Below, one piece after another: positions 7,354 through 16,230 of a stretch of DNA of 32,000 bases. The notes beneath the pieces are model-generated. The model was not told the origin of the DNA. It ran no database searches and saw only the letters and a program-made list of their open reading frames with translations. Location of the stretch: the NCBI GenBank assembly GCA_031387975.1, contig JANNDV010000034.1:1-32000 (forward strand), read 5' to 3'. Positions within the stretch are counted from its first letter, which is position 1. Each line of letters begins with the position of its first letter. This DNA is from Acaryochloridaceae cyanobacterium OTE_75_metabat_521. GTDB lineage: Bacteria; Cyanobacteriota; Cyanobacteriia; Thermosynechococcales; Thermosynechococcaceae. A program made the position numbers and the translations under genes.

Positions 7354-8490
7354 TTACAAGGCCGCTTCAAGATAAGCCTCAATCTTTTGAGCGGTAATGG
7401 GAGCCATCAAAACGCCGTTGCGGTAGTGCCCTGTGGCGATGAGTACGTTTTGATAGCCTGGAAGCCTCTCAATCACAGGAGCCGCCCGTTCCTCGGGTCG
7501 AGGGCGCAACCCTTGCCAAGTTCGCAGAATTTCGGCATGGGCGAGGGCGGGGTAGAGGGCGATCGCCTTCTGCTGCAATTCCTCCAACGCTAGGGGATCC
7601 GGCTCCAGAATAATCTTGTCATCGGGGAATTCAACGGATGCCCCTACCCAAAGTTCGTCTTCACTCAGGGGCACCAGATGGAGATCACTCGCATTAATGA
7701 CAGGGCTATTGATTCGCATGGCCTTAGGGCAGCGCAGATGCAGCGCCTGTCCTAACACAGGGCGAATCTGGATCGGCTGCGCTAGGGTTTGCGTTAAAGC
7801 CGCTGAGCCTAAGCCTGCTGAAACAATCACCCAATCTACGGTGATCGCATTTTTTCCGTTACACAAGTGCGTTACCCGCTGCTGGTCTTCACCTGCCTCA
7901 CTACGAAAGCCGGAAATCGAACGATTAAAGTGAAACTGCGCCCCATGTTGAGTCGCCCCCTGAATCAGCGCCTGGGTTAGGGCTACTGGGTCAAGCTGGC
8001 GATCTTGGGGAGAGTAGACTGCCCCCACGGCGATCGCCCCTGTTGTGTGTGATCGCGCTTCTGCCAGTTCTGGATAACGCTCAACAAGCTGCTCCCGTGA
8101 CCAATGCTCGAGGATAAACCCCTGCTGTTGACGCACCGATTGGGTTTTAGTCCACCGCGCAAAATCTTCAGCATCAAAAAATAGCTGCAAAATTCCGTGG
8201 CGATTGTAGGGAATACTCAGCCCCGTATCTTCAATTAACGCTGGAATCAGGGCTTCGTAAAGCCGTAAGCTCTCTAGCCCTAACTTGAGATGTTTGCCCT
8301 TGAGCTTGGAGCTAATGACCGCCGAGAGTACCCCTAGGGCAGCGCCCGTCGCTTCTAGGTGATGGGGAGGATTTTGTTCAAAGACCTGTATTTCTAGGTT
8401 CGGGTGGGTGCTGAGACGATGGGCGATCGCCGCCCCTACCACGCCCCCACCAATAATGCCAACATTCACAACAGCCGCTCCCCGACGCAA
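7354..8490 (-). CDS. FAD-dependent oxidoreductase of the DAO family, glycine oxidase (ThiO)-like
   Basis: It has the N-terminal dinucleotide-binding motif VGIIGGGVVGAAIA and a C-terminal ATGHYRNGVLMAP motif typical of ThiO/DAO enzymes. The maximal ORF starts at TTG 8490. GTG at 8469 (MNVGIIGGG) is an equally plausible start. Confidence 0.7.
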   Translation of the reverse strand: MRRGAAVVNVGIIGGGVVGAAIAHRLSTHPNLEIQVFEQNPPHHLEATGAALGVLSAVISSKLKGKHLKLGLESLRLYEALIPALIEDTGLSIPYNRHGILQLFFDAEDFARWTKTQSVRQQQGFILEHWSREQLVERYPELAEARSHTTGAIAVGAVYSPQDRQLDPVALTQALIQGATQHGAQFHFNRSISGFRSEAGEDQQRVTHLCNGKNAITVDWVIVSAGLGSAALTQTLAQPIQIRPVLGQALHLRCPKAMRINSPVINASDLHLVPLSEDELWVGASVEFPDDKIILEPDPLALEELQQKAIALYPALAHAEILRTWQGLRPRPEERAAPVIERLPGYQNVLIATGHYRNGVLMAPITAQKIEAYLEAAL

Positions 8491-8500
8491 AGTCTATCTT

Positions 8501-8542
8501 CAAAAAAGCGGATTCTGACCTCAAAATTGGTGCAGAATCCGC
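8501..8542 (-). terminator. Rho-independent terminator downstream of psbQ
   Basis: The minus strand reads GCGGATTCTG-(15 nt loop)-CAGAATCCGC followed by TTTTTT. A second small hairpin CCCCTG-taaaat-CAGGGG (8550-8567) precedes it. Confidence 0.75.
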
Positions 8543-8601
8543 GATTGCTCCCCTGATTTTACAGGGGTTATTTAGGGCGCGGGGGTTTTAAACCTCGTTG
8601 A

Positions 8602-9090
8602 TTAAGTCGCTTCAGCTTCGGCAGCCGCAGGGGCAGCAGCCGTCGGCATTTCAGGCAAACTACCCAAAAACGCATCAATATCCTTTGCGGCGCTCTCAAA
8701 GCCTCGCAAAGCAGCGTCCACGTTGGTGGCAACAGCGGCCTGGTCGATGTCAATAAAATCTTGGAAGATGCTGCGTGAAACATCCCGCGCAGCCTTTTGA
8801 TCGACTGGCAACAGATTGGAGGTGACATACTTCAAATCTTGAATCATTGATCCAAAAGGCCCTCGGATTGTACTCCGAACCTCCTGCCACTCTCGGTCTT
8901 GGATTGCAGCACCCAAAGCATCCAAGCGCCCGTAGGCATCCTGAATTTCAGGGAGATACTGCTGAATTTTCTGGAGCTGTGTCTCTGTATAGGTAGGAGC
9001 AACTGCGACCGTACTGGGGCCGCTACAGCTCACTAAAACAAAGGCAACCATCACAAACAAGCAAGACAACAATGCGCGAAATCTAAACAT
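8602..9090 (-). CDS. psbQ: Photosystem II extrinsic lipoprotein CyanoQ (PsbQ)
   Basis: 162-aa ORF with a lipoprotein signal and lipobox (VLVSC|S). The pattern matches cyanobacterial PsbQ as I recall it from Synechocystis CyanoQ (W..V...I.GP.G, LLP.DQ..A, DID.AA, DIDAFLGSLP). Confidence 0.85.
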   Translation of the reverse strand: MFRFRALLSCLFVMVAFVLVSCSGPSTVAVAPTYTETQLQKIQQYLPEIQDAYGRLDALGAAIQDREWQEVRSTIRGPFGSMIQDLKYVTSNLLPVDQKAARDVSRSIFQDFIDIDQAAVATNVDAALRGFESAAKDIDAFLGSLPEMPTAAAPAAAEAEAT

Positions 9091-9244
9091 AATGGCGTTA
9101 GACGGAACGATATAGCGAAAAAGATTTCTTCCGCCATTTTAGAATGAGTTGCCCGTCTGACTCCAATTTTGAGATAGATTTTTTTGAATCGTTAAGATGA
9201 TTGCCAACGTCTAAGGCCATTTCTTAGCTGAAAACGACTCAATA

Positions 9245-10033
9245 TCAAGCCCCTGGAAAACGAGTGATTTGGGCATATCCGCTAAACAAAAGCTGATTCT
9301 GCTTTGTCTCCACCCGATTGATCCGCGTTTCAACCCCATCTAGGCCAAACCGATCCAGGTCAACCATTCCGTTCAAAAGCTCTACAAAGTCAGCTGTCAC
9401 CTGCTTGGAAAGGTCTTGCTCGTCTTGGGGAATATCCTCTGCCAAAAACGTTGGCTCTGTAAAGATTAGCCTTCGCCGTCGCTCGACAGACAGCCCGGTC
9501 TTGACGGCAACGGGGATTGATCGATCTTGGCTCGGCACATTAACCTTGGCTCGAATTTCAACCTGGTTATTGGGCAAAAGCTTCATCGCAATGTCTTCAA
9601 AGGAGACAGGCTCATCAATTCCAGTGTTTTCTGATAGCCATACATCATCTAGGCGTTTTTTGACTAATTCTCCGTTAAACGCAAGATTTATACCCTCCTC
9701 TGACAGGATGATTTGGGCGATCGCCTGGGTCGGCTGCTTGAGCTGAATTTTGCCGCGCAGTACCGAGCCAAAATCAATGGCGATCGCGTCGGTTTCAAAG
9801 GACATTTCCTCCACCTGAAACTGACGCTTAATCACAAGGCCACGGCCCTGCATCTTAATGCTGTCTACATTCCCCTGAAGGAGCTTGCTTGAAGGAAAAC
9901 AACGGATACTCACGTCAACCGCGTCGCTCTGGCTAAACATCTGCCGGATCGACTGACTGGCCACCTTGTTGAGCATCTGCTCGCCAAAATCTGTCTGCAT
10001 TGAACCTTCAGCGCTAGCAAATCCACTAAACAT
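9245..10033 (-). CDS. DUF2993 (LmeA-like) domain protein
   Basis: It follows the pattern typical of cyanobacterial DUF2993 proteins (GEQMLNKVASQSIRQ...VDVSIR..PSSKLLQGNVDSIKMQGRGLV...FETDAIAIDF). ATG at 10033 is preferred over the ORF-track start at 10093. Confidence 0.7.
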   Translation of the reverse strand: MFSGFASAEGSMQTDFGEQMLNKVASQSIRQMFSQSDAVDVSIRCFPSSKLLQGNVDSIKMQGRGLVIKRQFQVEEMSFETDAIAIDFGSVLRGKIQLKQPTQAIAQIILSEEGINLAFNGELVKKRLDDVWLSENTGIDEPVSFEDIAMKLLPNNQVEIRAKVNVPSQDRSIPVAVKTGLSVERRRRLIFTEPTFLAEDIPQDEQDLSKQVTADFVELLNGMVDLDRFGLDGVETRINRVETKQNQLLFSGYAQITRFPGA

Positions 10034-10324
10034 GAAGCCTTTCCTCGGTCTTGCCTCTCCCTGGTTGTAACAGAATATTAAGCAATGTGACAACTTTGGG
10101 AGATTAGATTTTTCACAAGCGGTGATTAGATTTTTGTATGGGCACGTTGTTGGGCGCGTCAGCGCATCAGTAATTTTGACATCCTGTGTCCAATCCTCCC
10201 AGATTCTGGAGTACAGACTTGCATCGCTGGCTTGGCCTACTCCAAAGCATAAGGTTCTATGCCTATCATGGATAGTGCTGCTTATCTATTAAACGCTCAA
10301 CGCACAGGTTCGCCCTACTTCGGC

Positions 10325-11251
10325 ATGAGTCAAACCTATAAAGCGACAGGTATTAATCTTAAAAGCGTCCCGCTGGGGGAGGCTGATCGAATCGTGACGA
10401 TTCTCACCCGTGAGTTTGGTCTGGTACGAGCCGTTGCTGCGGGTGCCCGTAAGCCTAAGTCTAAGCTAGGCGGTCGGGGGGAGCTGTTTGTGGTAAACCA
10501 TTTGATGCTCAGCACAGGGCGATCGCTTGATAAAATTGCCCAAGCCGAAACCATCGAATCTTACCCAGCCCTCAGCCGAAACCTCGCAAAGCTGACGGTG
10601 GCACAATACTGGGCCGAGGTGATTCTAAACCAACCCCCTAATCACGACACCACCGCAGAAGTCTTTGATTGGCTTTGCCAGCGTCTGAGCGATCTCGCCG
10701 CCAGTGAAGCGGGTCTAGCACTCTTGGTTCATCTGCTCTACGGCATCGTGCAGTTGCTCCAGTTAGAGGGGATTTTGCCGCAGGTCAAGCAGTGTAGCCT
10801 GTCGGGTCAAGCCGTTAACCCCGAGAGAATGGGGAATGGGAAAGTAATCTTTAGCCCTGCTGCTGGCGGCATTGTTCTGTCGACGAATGAGGTCGCGGCG
10901 GATCTCTCAACAAACGACGGCTATGCCAAAGAACAAGCCTCAGCCTATGGACGATCCTCTAAACGGGCGCTCACCCTTTCTGCGCCAGAACTGATGCTTC
11001 TTCAGCAGATTGTTCGAGTACAAGAGGTGCTGCCCCAAGCCCACACCCCACCTTCAGAGCTGCTAAACCTAGCAGATTCTGCCCAAGAATGGCTTAAGGT
11101 AGAACAGGCGCTGCGAAACTATGTGCAGTACCATACCGATCGACCGATTCGTTCTGCCGCCTTACTTGAGAGCTGCTTTCTTCCCCATTTCGTTCCATCG
11201 CCCTCGGTTCAGTCTCAGCCCATTACCGTTTCTGCTGCTGTTTTCCCATGA
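10325..11251 (+). CDS. recO: DNA repair protein RecO
   Basis: From ATG 10325 the N-terminus MSQTYKATGINLKSVPLGEADRIVTILTREFGLVRAVAAGARKPKSKLGGRGELFVVN matches the conserved RecO OB-fold N-terminus. The ORF-track start at 10259 adds 22 non-conserved residues. Confidence 0.85.
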   Translation: MSQTYKATGINLKSVPLGEADRIVTILTREFGLVRAVAAGARKPKSKLGGRGELFVVNHLMLSTGRSLDKIAQAETIESYPALSRNLAKLTVAQYWAEVILNQPPNHDTTAEVFDWLCQRLSDLAASEAGLALLVHLLYGIVQLLQLEGILPQVKQCSLSGQAVNPERMGNGKVIFSPAAGGIVLSTNEVAADLSTNDGYAKEQASAYGRSSKRALTLSAPELMLLQQIVRVQEVLPQAHTPPSELLNLADSAQEWLKVEQALRNYVQYHTDRPIRSAALLESCFLPHFVPSPSVQSQPITVSAAVFP

Positions 11252-12795
11252 CTCGTGCGCCGGACTCTTCTTCCCAGCGAGATACGCTCAACTCACCCTT
11301 GCGAGCTTCTGGCGCGCCGCTATCGCCCAATAGTGCGCCAGGGGCATCTCGTCCTCCTTTTGCTGGCTCAGGCTCTACAAACGGCAGCGCCATAGCGGCG
11401 GCAGCAATTAAGACAGATGTGCCTCATAACGTCAGTGATGTGGCTGAAGAGACGGTTGGGGCTATGACGCTTGATTCTGAACTCAGCGAGAGTAAGCCTA
11501 GTTTTTGGAAAGTTCTTCAAAACCAAAACTTTTTGTTTCTATGGGCAGGTCAAGTCTTTTCACAGCTTGCAGATAAAGTCTATCTGGTGCTGATGATTGC
11601 GCTGATCACAACCCAGTTTCAAACCGAAGGCCAAACGGTCAGTGGCTGGGTGTCGTCGGTTATGGTGGCATTTACCATTCCGGCGGTGCTATTTGGCTCT
11701 TTTGCTGGGGTGTTGGTCGATCGCTGGTCTAAAAAATGGACGATGGTGCTGACCAATGTCCTCAGAGGTGGCTTGGTCTTACTATTGCCTTTGCTGCTGT
11801 GGGTTGTTAAGCCCTACGGCAATTTTTTGCAGGTGCCCCTCGGCTTTTGGATGGTCTTAGGCGTTACGTTTTTGGTCTCAACGCTCACTCAGTTTTTTGC
11901 CCCTGCCGAGCAGTCCACCATTCCGCTCATTGTCGATAAGCCCCAACTCCTTAGTGCTAACTCGCTCTACACCTTTACGATGATGCTGGCGGTGGTGGTG
12001 GGGTTTGCCGCAGGCGACCCGCTGTTAGAACTTTCGACGGCGCTGTTGGGTCATCTGCCTTGGGTGGGGTCTTTTAGTCGAGAGCTGGTGGTGGGGGGTA
12101 GCTATGCGATCGCCGGATTACTCCTCATGTTTTTATCGACCAACGAAGCCAGCCGCCCTCAAGTCACGGATATGGGTCAAGTTTGGGCAGATATTAAAGA
12201 CGGACTTCAGTTTATTAACGCGCATCGCCGCATTAAAGGCGCGCTGATACAGCTTGTGATTTTATTTTCAATCTTTGCGGCGCTGGCGGTTCTAGTTGTC
12301 CGAATGGCAGAGGTTTTGCCAGAGATAAAATCATCACAGTTTGGTTTACTGCTTGCCGCAGGGGGTGTGGGGATGGTGATTGGCATTGGTGTGCTGAACC
12401 GGATTGTCCATCATGTTTCCTACCGGATCTTGAGCCTGTACGGATCTTTAGGGATGGGGGTCGCGTTCTTTTCCCTTGCTTTTTCAACCCATCACCTTTG
12501 GCTTTCCTTGAGCTTGCTGTCTGCCATTGGTGTTTGTGCAGCGTTGGTGGGGGTACCTATGCAGACCACCATGCAAGAGCAAACCCCAGAAGATTTGCGG
12601 GGTAAAGTATTTGGTCTTCAGAACAATGCGGTCAATATTGCCCTGAGCTTACCCCTCGCGCTGGCAGGGGTTGCCGAGACCTTTTTTGGACTCCAGTGGG
12701 TGCTGCTGAGCTTAGCCACGCTGGTTGTGACAGGAGGACTCTTAACCTGGTATATTTCCGGTACTGCTGAATTAGCAGAACGTGAGTCTGCTTAA
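11248..12795 (+). CDS. MFS transporter (12-TM type) with a disordered N-terminal extension
   Basis: 515-aa ORF whose start overlaps the recO stop (ATGA). Multiple hydrophobic helices and the loop motif DRWSKK between TM2 and TM3 are typical of MFS. The first ~90 residues are Ser/Pro/Ala-rich, and an alternative ATG lies at 11464. Confidence 0.8.
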   Translation: MTRAPDSSSQRDTLNSPLRASGAPLSPNSAPGASRPPFAGSGSTNGSAIAAAAIKTDVPHNVSDVAEETVGAMTLDSELSESKPSFWKVLQNQNFLFLWAGQVFSQLADKVYLVLMIALITTQFQTEGQTVSGWVSSVMVAFTIPAVLFGSFAGVLVDRWSKKWTMVLTNVLRGGLVLLLPLLLWVVKPYGNFLQVPLGFWMVLGVTFLVSTLTQFFAPAEQSTIPLIVDKPQLLSANSLYTFTMMLAVVVGFAAGDPLLELSTALLGHLPWVGSFSRELVVGGSYAIAGLLLMFLSTNEASRPQVTDMGQVWADIKDGLQFINAHRRIKGALIQLVILFSIFAALAVLVVRMAEVLPEIKSSQFGLLLAAGGVGMVIGIGVLNRIVHHVSYRILSLYGSLGMGVAFFSLAFSTHHLWLSLSLLSAIGVCAALVGVPMQTTMQEQTPEDLRGKVFGLQNNAVNIALSLPLALAGVAETFFGLQWVLLSLATLVVTGGLLTWYISGTAELAERESA

Positions 12796-12817
12796 GGTTA
12801 ATCTGCTTAAGATTTAA

Positions 12818-13990
12818 ATGCACATTGCTTGGATTGGAAAACGATCGCCTGCCTGTGGCAATGTCACCTACAGTCGAGAAGTGACAAATGCCCTCTTAGA
12901 TCGGGGCTATCAGGTTAGCTTTCTCCACTTTGCTCAAGAAGAAGAGGTGGAATTTTCTGGCAATGATCCAGCGCCTCAGTCCCAGCAGGCCGAGTGTCAA
13001 GAAGTCACGCTGCCGTTTATCTATAAGTCTCAGATTTATACCATCCCTAGTCTGCGCTCTAGCAAGGTGTTATTCCAGGCTTTAAAAGATCTAAAGCCAG
13101 ATTTGGTTCATGCATCTTTAACGCTCTCTCCGCTAGATTTTGTCTTGCCAGAAATTTGTGAAGAGCTAGGGGTGCCCTTGGTCGCAACCTTTCACCCGCC
13201 CTTTAGCCATAAGCACCGCAATTTGTCATCGGGTACACAGCAGTTTATGTACCAGCTCTATGCGCCCTTTTTGGCAAACTATGATGCGGTCATCATTTTT
13301 TGTGAGGCTCAAAAAGAGCTATTGCATCGTTTGGGGGTGCCTTTAGATCGACTCATTATTATTCCCAATGGGGTGGATGTAGAAAAATATTCCCCAGGCT
13401 CCTCTCGGTTCAGAGATGAAATTGGCGCAAGTCGCGTCTTTGTTTACCAAGGGCGAATCGCAGTCGAAAAAAATGTGGAATCTTTGCTGAAGGCATGGCG
13501 ACAGGCGGAAATGCCCGATGACTGCAAGTTGGTGTTGGTGGGAGATGGTTCACTGCTTACCTCACTCATGCCTGCCTATGGCCCTGAACACAACATTTTA
13601 TGGATGGGCAATATCTTAGATGAGCATCGCCGGATTGATATTCTGCGCGGCTCAGACGTGTTTATTTTGCCCTCTTTTGTAGAAGGGCTGTCTTTATCGC
13701 TGTTAGAAGCAATGGGGTGTGGGGTTGCCTGTATGGCAACGGATGTGGGTGCAGATGGTGAGGTCTTGAGCGGCGGTGCTGGGGTGGTCTTAAATCCGCA
13801 GCGGGCGCGGAGTGAGCTGCAAACGTTGCTGCCTTTATTTGCACACCATCCAGAAATGTCTGCGCTGCTGGGGCAAAAAGCGCGAGCGCGAGTGGTCGAA
13901 AAATATTCTTTAAGGGCAAATATTGACTGTCTTGAGCAGTTTTATGACCAGATTTTTAAGATGCCAAAGACTGCCTTAATCTCTCAGTAA
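12818..13990 (+). CDS. Glycosyltransferase family 4 (GT-B fold)
   Basis: 390-aa ORF. It has the C-terminal nucleotide-sugar binding signature (LPSFVEGLSLSLLEAMGCGVACMATDVGADGEV) and the N-terminal MHIAWIG...G pattern. Confidence 0.85.
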   Translation: MHIAWIGKRSPACGNVTYSREVTNALLDRGYQVSFLHFAQEEEVEFSGNDPAPQSQQAECQEVTLPFIYKSQIYTIPSLRSSKVLFQALKDLKPDLVHASLTLSPLDFVLPEICEELGVPLVATFHPPFSHKHRNLSSGTQQFMYQLYAPFLANYDAVIIFCEAQKELLHRLGVPLDRLIIIPNGVDVEKYSPGSSRFRDEIGASRVFVYQGRIAVEKNVESLLKAWRQAEMPDDCKLVLVGDGSLLTSLMPAYGPEHNILWMGNILDEHRRIDILRGSDVFILPSFVEGLSLSLLEAMGCGVACMATDVGADGEVLSGGAGVVLNPQRARSELQTLLPLFAHHPEMSALLGQKARARVVEKYSLRANIDCLEQFYDQIFKMPKTALISQ

Positions 13991-14010
13991 CAATACTCCC
14001 GACACCTTTT

Positions 14011-14433
14011 CTATCCCTCAATCGCGGACATATAGGACTGGGCTGCGTACTCAATCAGCTTTCGATCTTTTGTCACCAGCGTTGCCTTCATGATACGGCT
14101 GGTCGCAGCTAAGATTCGGTCAGCAGGATCTCCATGCAGTCCTCCTGGCAATCTTGAACTCTCGACGGCAATTTCTGGCGTGAGAGGGATTAAACGTAGC
14201 CCTGGTGCAGATAAAGCCTCTCTGACCCAATCTAAGCAAACTTTTCCGCACTGAATCCGTCCCTTGGACTCGAGCATTCCTACTTCCCAAACTGAAATCG
14301 CACTTACACCCAATTGATTGTTTTGGCTCGCAATTTCAATAGCCTCAAGGCCCTCAGTTGAAAGACGAGCGATCTCGCCATTGATAGCCCAAATCCAGAT
14401 GTGAGTATCTAGGATTAGCAAGTTGGAAGTCAT
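14011..14433 (-). CDS. vapC: Type II toxin VapC (PIN-domain ribonuclease)
   Basis: 140-aa ORF. The acidic PIN residues are in the expected spacing (LILDTH, SVWEV, GDPADRIL, TKDRKL). Its start overlaps the upstream antitoxin stop by 4 nt. Confidence 0.85.
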   Translation of the reverse strand: MTSNLLILDTHIWIWAINGEIARLSTEGLEAIEIASQNNQLGVSAISVWEVGMLESKGRIQCGKVCLDWVREALSAPGLRLIPLTPEIAVESSRLPGGLHGDPADRILAATSRIMKATLVTKDRKLIEYAAQSYMSAIEG

Positions 14434-14663
14434 TCAGCACAAGCCTCCCAGTCTTCATTGACTGGAGTAATAATATCCCCGCTGACGACCACCGAACCTT
14501 TCATATATCCGATAAAGCTGGATAAATACTCGTCCTCCACAGGCACAAGCTTCGCTACAGGACGACCATGCTTCGTAATGACGATTTCTTCATGAGTCTG
14601 CTTAACCTGATCCATGAGCTGTAGACATTGAGCCTTGAACTGACCTGCGGCGATTTTTATCAA
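14430..14663 (-). CDS. Phd/YefM-family antitoxin
   Basis: 77-aa ORF with a typical antitoxin N-terminus (AGQFKAQCLQLMDQVKQTHEEIVITKHGRPVAKLVP). TTG at 14663 is the only start available, because an in-frame TAA lies at 14670-14672. Confidence 0.8.
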   Translation of the reverse strand: MIKIAAGQFKAQCLQLMDQVKQTHEEIVITKHGRPVAKLVPVEDEYLSSFIGYMKGSVVVSGDIITPVNEDWEACAE

Positions 14664-14681
14664 AAGTTTTTAGCAATGCAA

Positions 14682-14733
14682 TACCTCTAGTAAAACATAG
14701 TCATGTTAATATGACTATGTTTTACTAGAGGTA
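14682..14733. repeat. Perfect 23-bp inverted repeat with a 6-nt spacer; candidate operator of the phd-vapC promoter
   Basis: TACCTCTAGTAAAACATAGTCAT gttaat ATGACTATGTTTTACTAGAGGTA. The proximal arm ends 19 nt upstream of the antitoxin start. It lies between divergent genes, so a terminator role is unlikely. Confidence 0.9.
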
Positions 14734-14810
14734 AGCCTGAGAACTCTTTGATGAAGCCAAGGTCGTTCTCACGAATGACTTAAAATTGCTATAGTATTTG
14801 GACTTAAGCG

Positions 14811-15416
14811 TTGCTCAGGACTTTACCTTTGCTGGAACAGCCATCGCTTTTTTCAGATCTAGCGCTAAGAGACATTCGACATTCTAGTCTCAATGTTTCA
14901 CCGTTGCTGGAAATGAATTCAACCGCCCTTGATGATTGGAAACAGCGAATTTTTAAGTACCAGCAGCAGGTGATTCAAGAAACCCCACCTGCCCAAATTA
15001 TGCTGTTTGAGGGGCAGGGATTGGGGACTGACCTAGCAAACCTTGACCCGTTTAGGCTGCGATCGCAAAACATTGAATTCTGGCGCTGGCCTGCCGAAGA
15101 ACCAGGGTTAGCGGCTCTTTATTTTGTCATTGATCATAGGGAATCACCGCTGCTGCTCTACGTGGGTGAAACCTGCAAGTCAAACCAGCGCTGGAAAGGG
15201 GTTCATGACTGTAAACGGTACGTGCGCAACTATATTGCAGCCCACCGCATCCATCGCTTACCCGTCAGCGTCAGCATTGGCTTTTGGACTCACGCCCCAA
15301 CCGCTATGCGTCCCCGTCAGCAGATGGAGCGATCGCAGATTGAGAAATGGCGATCGCCCTTCAATAAAGAAAACTGGAGACATTGGGGCACCCCGTTTGT
15401 GGGTGGCAAGGGCTGA
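14811..15416 (+). CDS. Conserved hypothetical protein with a GIY-YIG-like segment
   Basis: 201-aa maximal ORF (TTG start; internal ATGs are possible starts). The segment LAALYFVIDHRESPLLLYVGET resembles the first GIY...YIG motif of GIY-YIG nucleases. The function is not established. Confidence 0.45.
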   Translation: MLRTLPLLEQPSLFSDLALRDIRHSSLNVSPLLEMNSTALDDWKQRIFKYQQQVIQETPPAQIMLFEGQGLGTDLANLDPFRLRSQNIEFWRWPAEEPGLAALYFVIDHRESPLLLYVGETCKSNQRWKGVHDCKRYVRNYIAAHRIHRLPVSVSIGFWTHAPTAMRPRQQMERSQIEKWRSPFNKENWRHWGTPFVGGKG

Positions 15417-15447
15417 GGAGTCAAGATGGCTCATATCGCAAGATCCT

Positions 15448-15477
15448 TAAAAGCCCCAAGGACTCTTGGGGCTTTTA
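15448..15477. terminator. Bidirectional rho-independent terminator between convergent genes
   Basis: TAAAAGCCCCAAG-gact-CTTGGGGCTTTTA is a perfect GC-rich stem flanked by an A-run and a T-run. It lies between the stop of the 14811-15416 ORF and the comEA-like stop. Confidence 0.8.
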
Positions 15478-15525
15478 GATTCTAGAGACTTAGGATTCTA
15501 AAGACTTAGGATTCTAAAGACTAAG
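15478..15525. repeat. 16-bp tandem repeat, 3 copies (GATTCTARAGACTTAG)
   Basis: gattctagagacttag / gattctaaagacttag / gattctaaagactaag. It abuts the terminator, and the third copy contains the comEA-like stop codon and last codons. Confidence 0.85.
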
Positions 15526-16026
15526 TTGAGATTTCAACTCAGTTAACTGCTTTTTCGTCAGGGCTTTTTTGGTCACTAGTTCCTCCATCGAAGCATAGGG
15601 ACGATACAGGATAATTTTCTTCGCCGTGGGGACTCCAATGCCCTTTACCTTTGTTAGTTCTTGAAGCGTTGAAGAATTGACATTGACTGTAACCGTCGTT
15701 GACTTGCCTGGTTTCTTGGGCGTAGTCGAAGAAGGGACAGACTTAAGACTAGGGGAAGGACTAGGCGTCATAACTGGAGCAGGCATATCCGTTGAAGCAG
15801 GGGTTGACCCTCCTCCAGTGCTTGGCATTGTCAAATCTTGGGCGTTAGGCGCTGGCATACCAGGGGGCGTAGAGGGCGATATGCCTCCGGGTGCAGAAGG
15901 TATACCGCCTGGGACAGGGGCTACGCTGCCTGGTGCTTGTGGCTTAGTCAATTGAGCTGACACAGCAAAGGGCAGAGCGACGCCCACTGAACAGCACAGG
16001 GCAAGAATAAACGTTTTGGAAACCAT
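15514..16026 (-). CDS. comEA: ComEA-family helix-hairpin-helix DNA-binding (competence) protein
   Basis: 170-aa ORF with a signal peptide (ALPFAVSA|Q), a long Pro/Ser/Thr-rich linker and a C-terminal HhH module (VNVNSSTLQELTKVKGIGVPTAKKIILYRPYASMEELV). Confidence 0.75.
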   Translation of the reverse strand: MVSKTFILALCCSVGVALPFAVSAQLTKPQAPGSVAPVPGGIPSAPGGISPSTPPGMPAPNAQDLTMPSTGGGSTPASTDMPAPVMTPSPSPSLKSVPSSTTPKKPGKSTTVTVNVNSSTLQELTKVKGIGVPTAKKIILYRPYASMEELVTKKALTKKQLTELKSQLSL

Positions 16027-16230
16027 TGCTCACTTTTCCTCATTAAATGAAAGTACAAGTCTGCAATAGGAGCGATCCAGATAGTCTATTGAATGAACCC
16101 GTGACTCTAATGCTGTTCAAGATGTTCCAGCTCCCAAATTTGACGGCGTTAGTGTTGATGCATACTCATACCGTAATGGCGCTACATTCAGCGCCCGTGC
16201 GGCGATCGCACCGCATGTACAAAACGTAAT

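Noticed and set aside
8568-8828. 86-aa minus-strand ORF overlapping psbQ in another frame.
   Set aside because: The alternative frame of the clearly recognisable CyanoQ gene explains this stretch, and the sequence is low-complexity.
15677-15955. 92-aa plus-strand ORF, Gly/Pro-rich.
   Set aside because: It is the antisense of the Pro/Ser-rich linker of the ComEA-like gene, a low-complexity mirror image.
16047-16229. 60-aa ORF in the comEA-FAD oxidoreductase spacer.
   Set aside because: It has no RBS-like context, no motif and an odd composition. The region contains a HIP1 site and is more likely non-coding.
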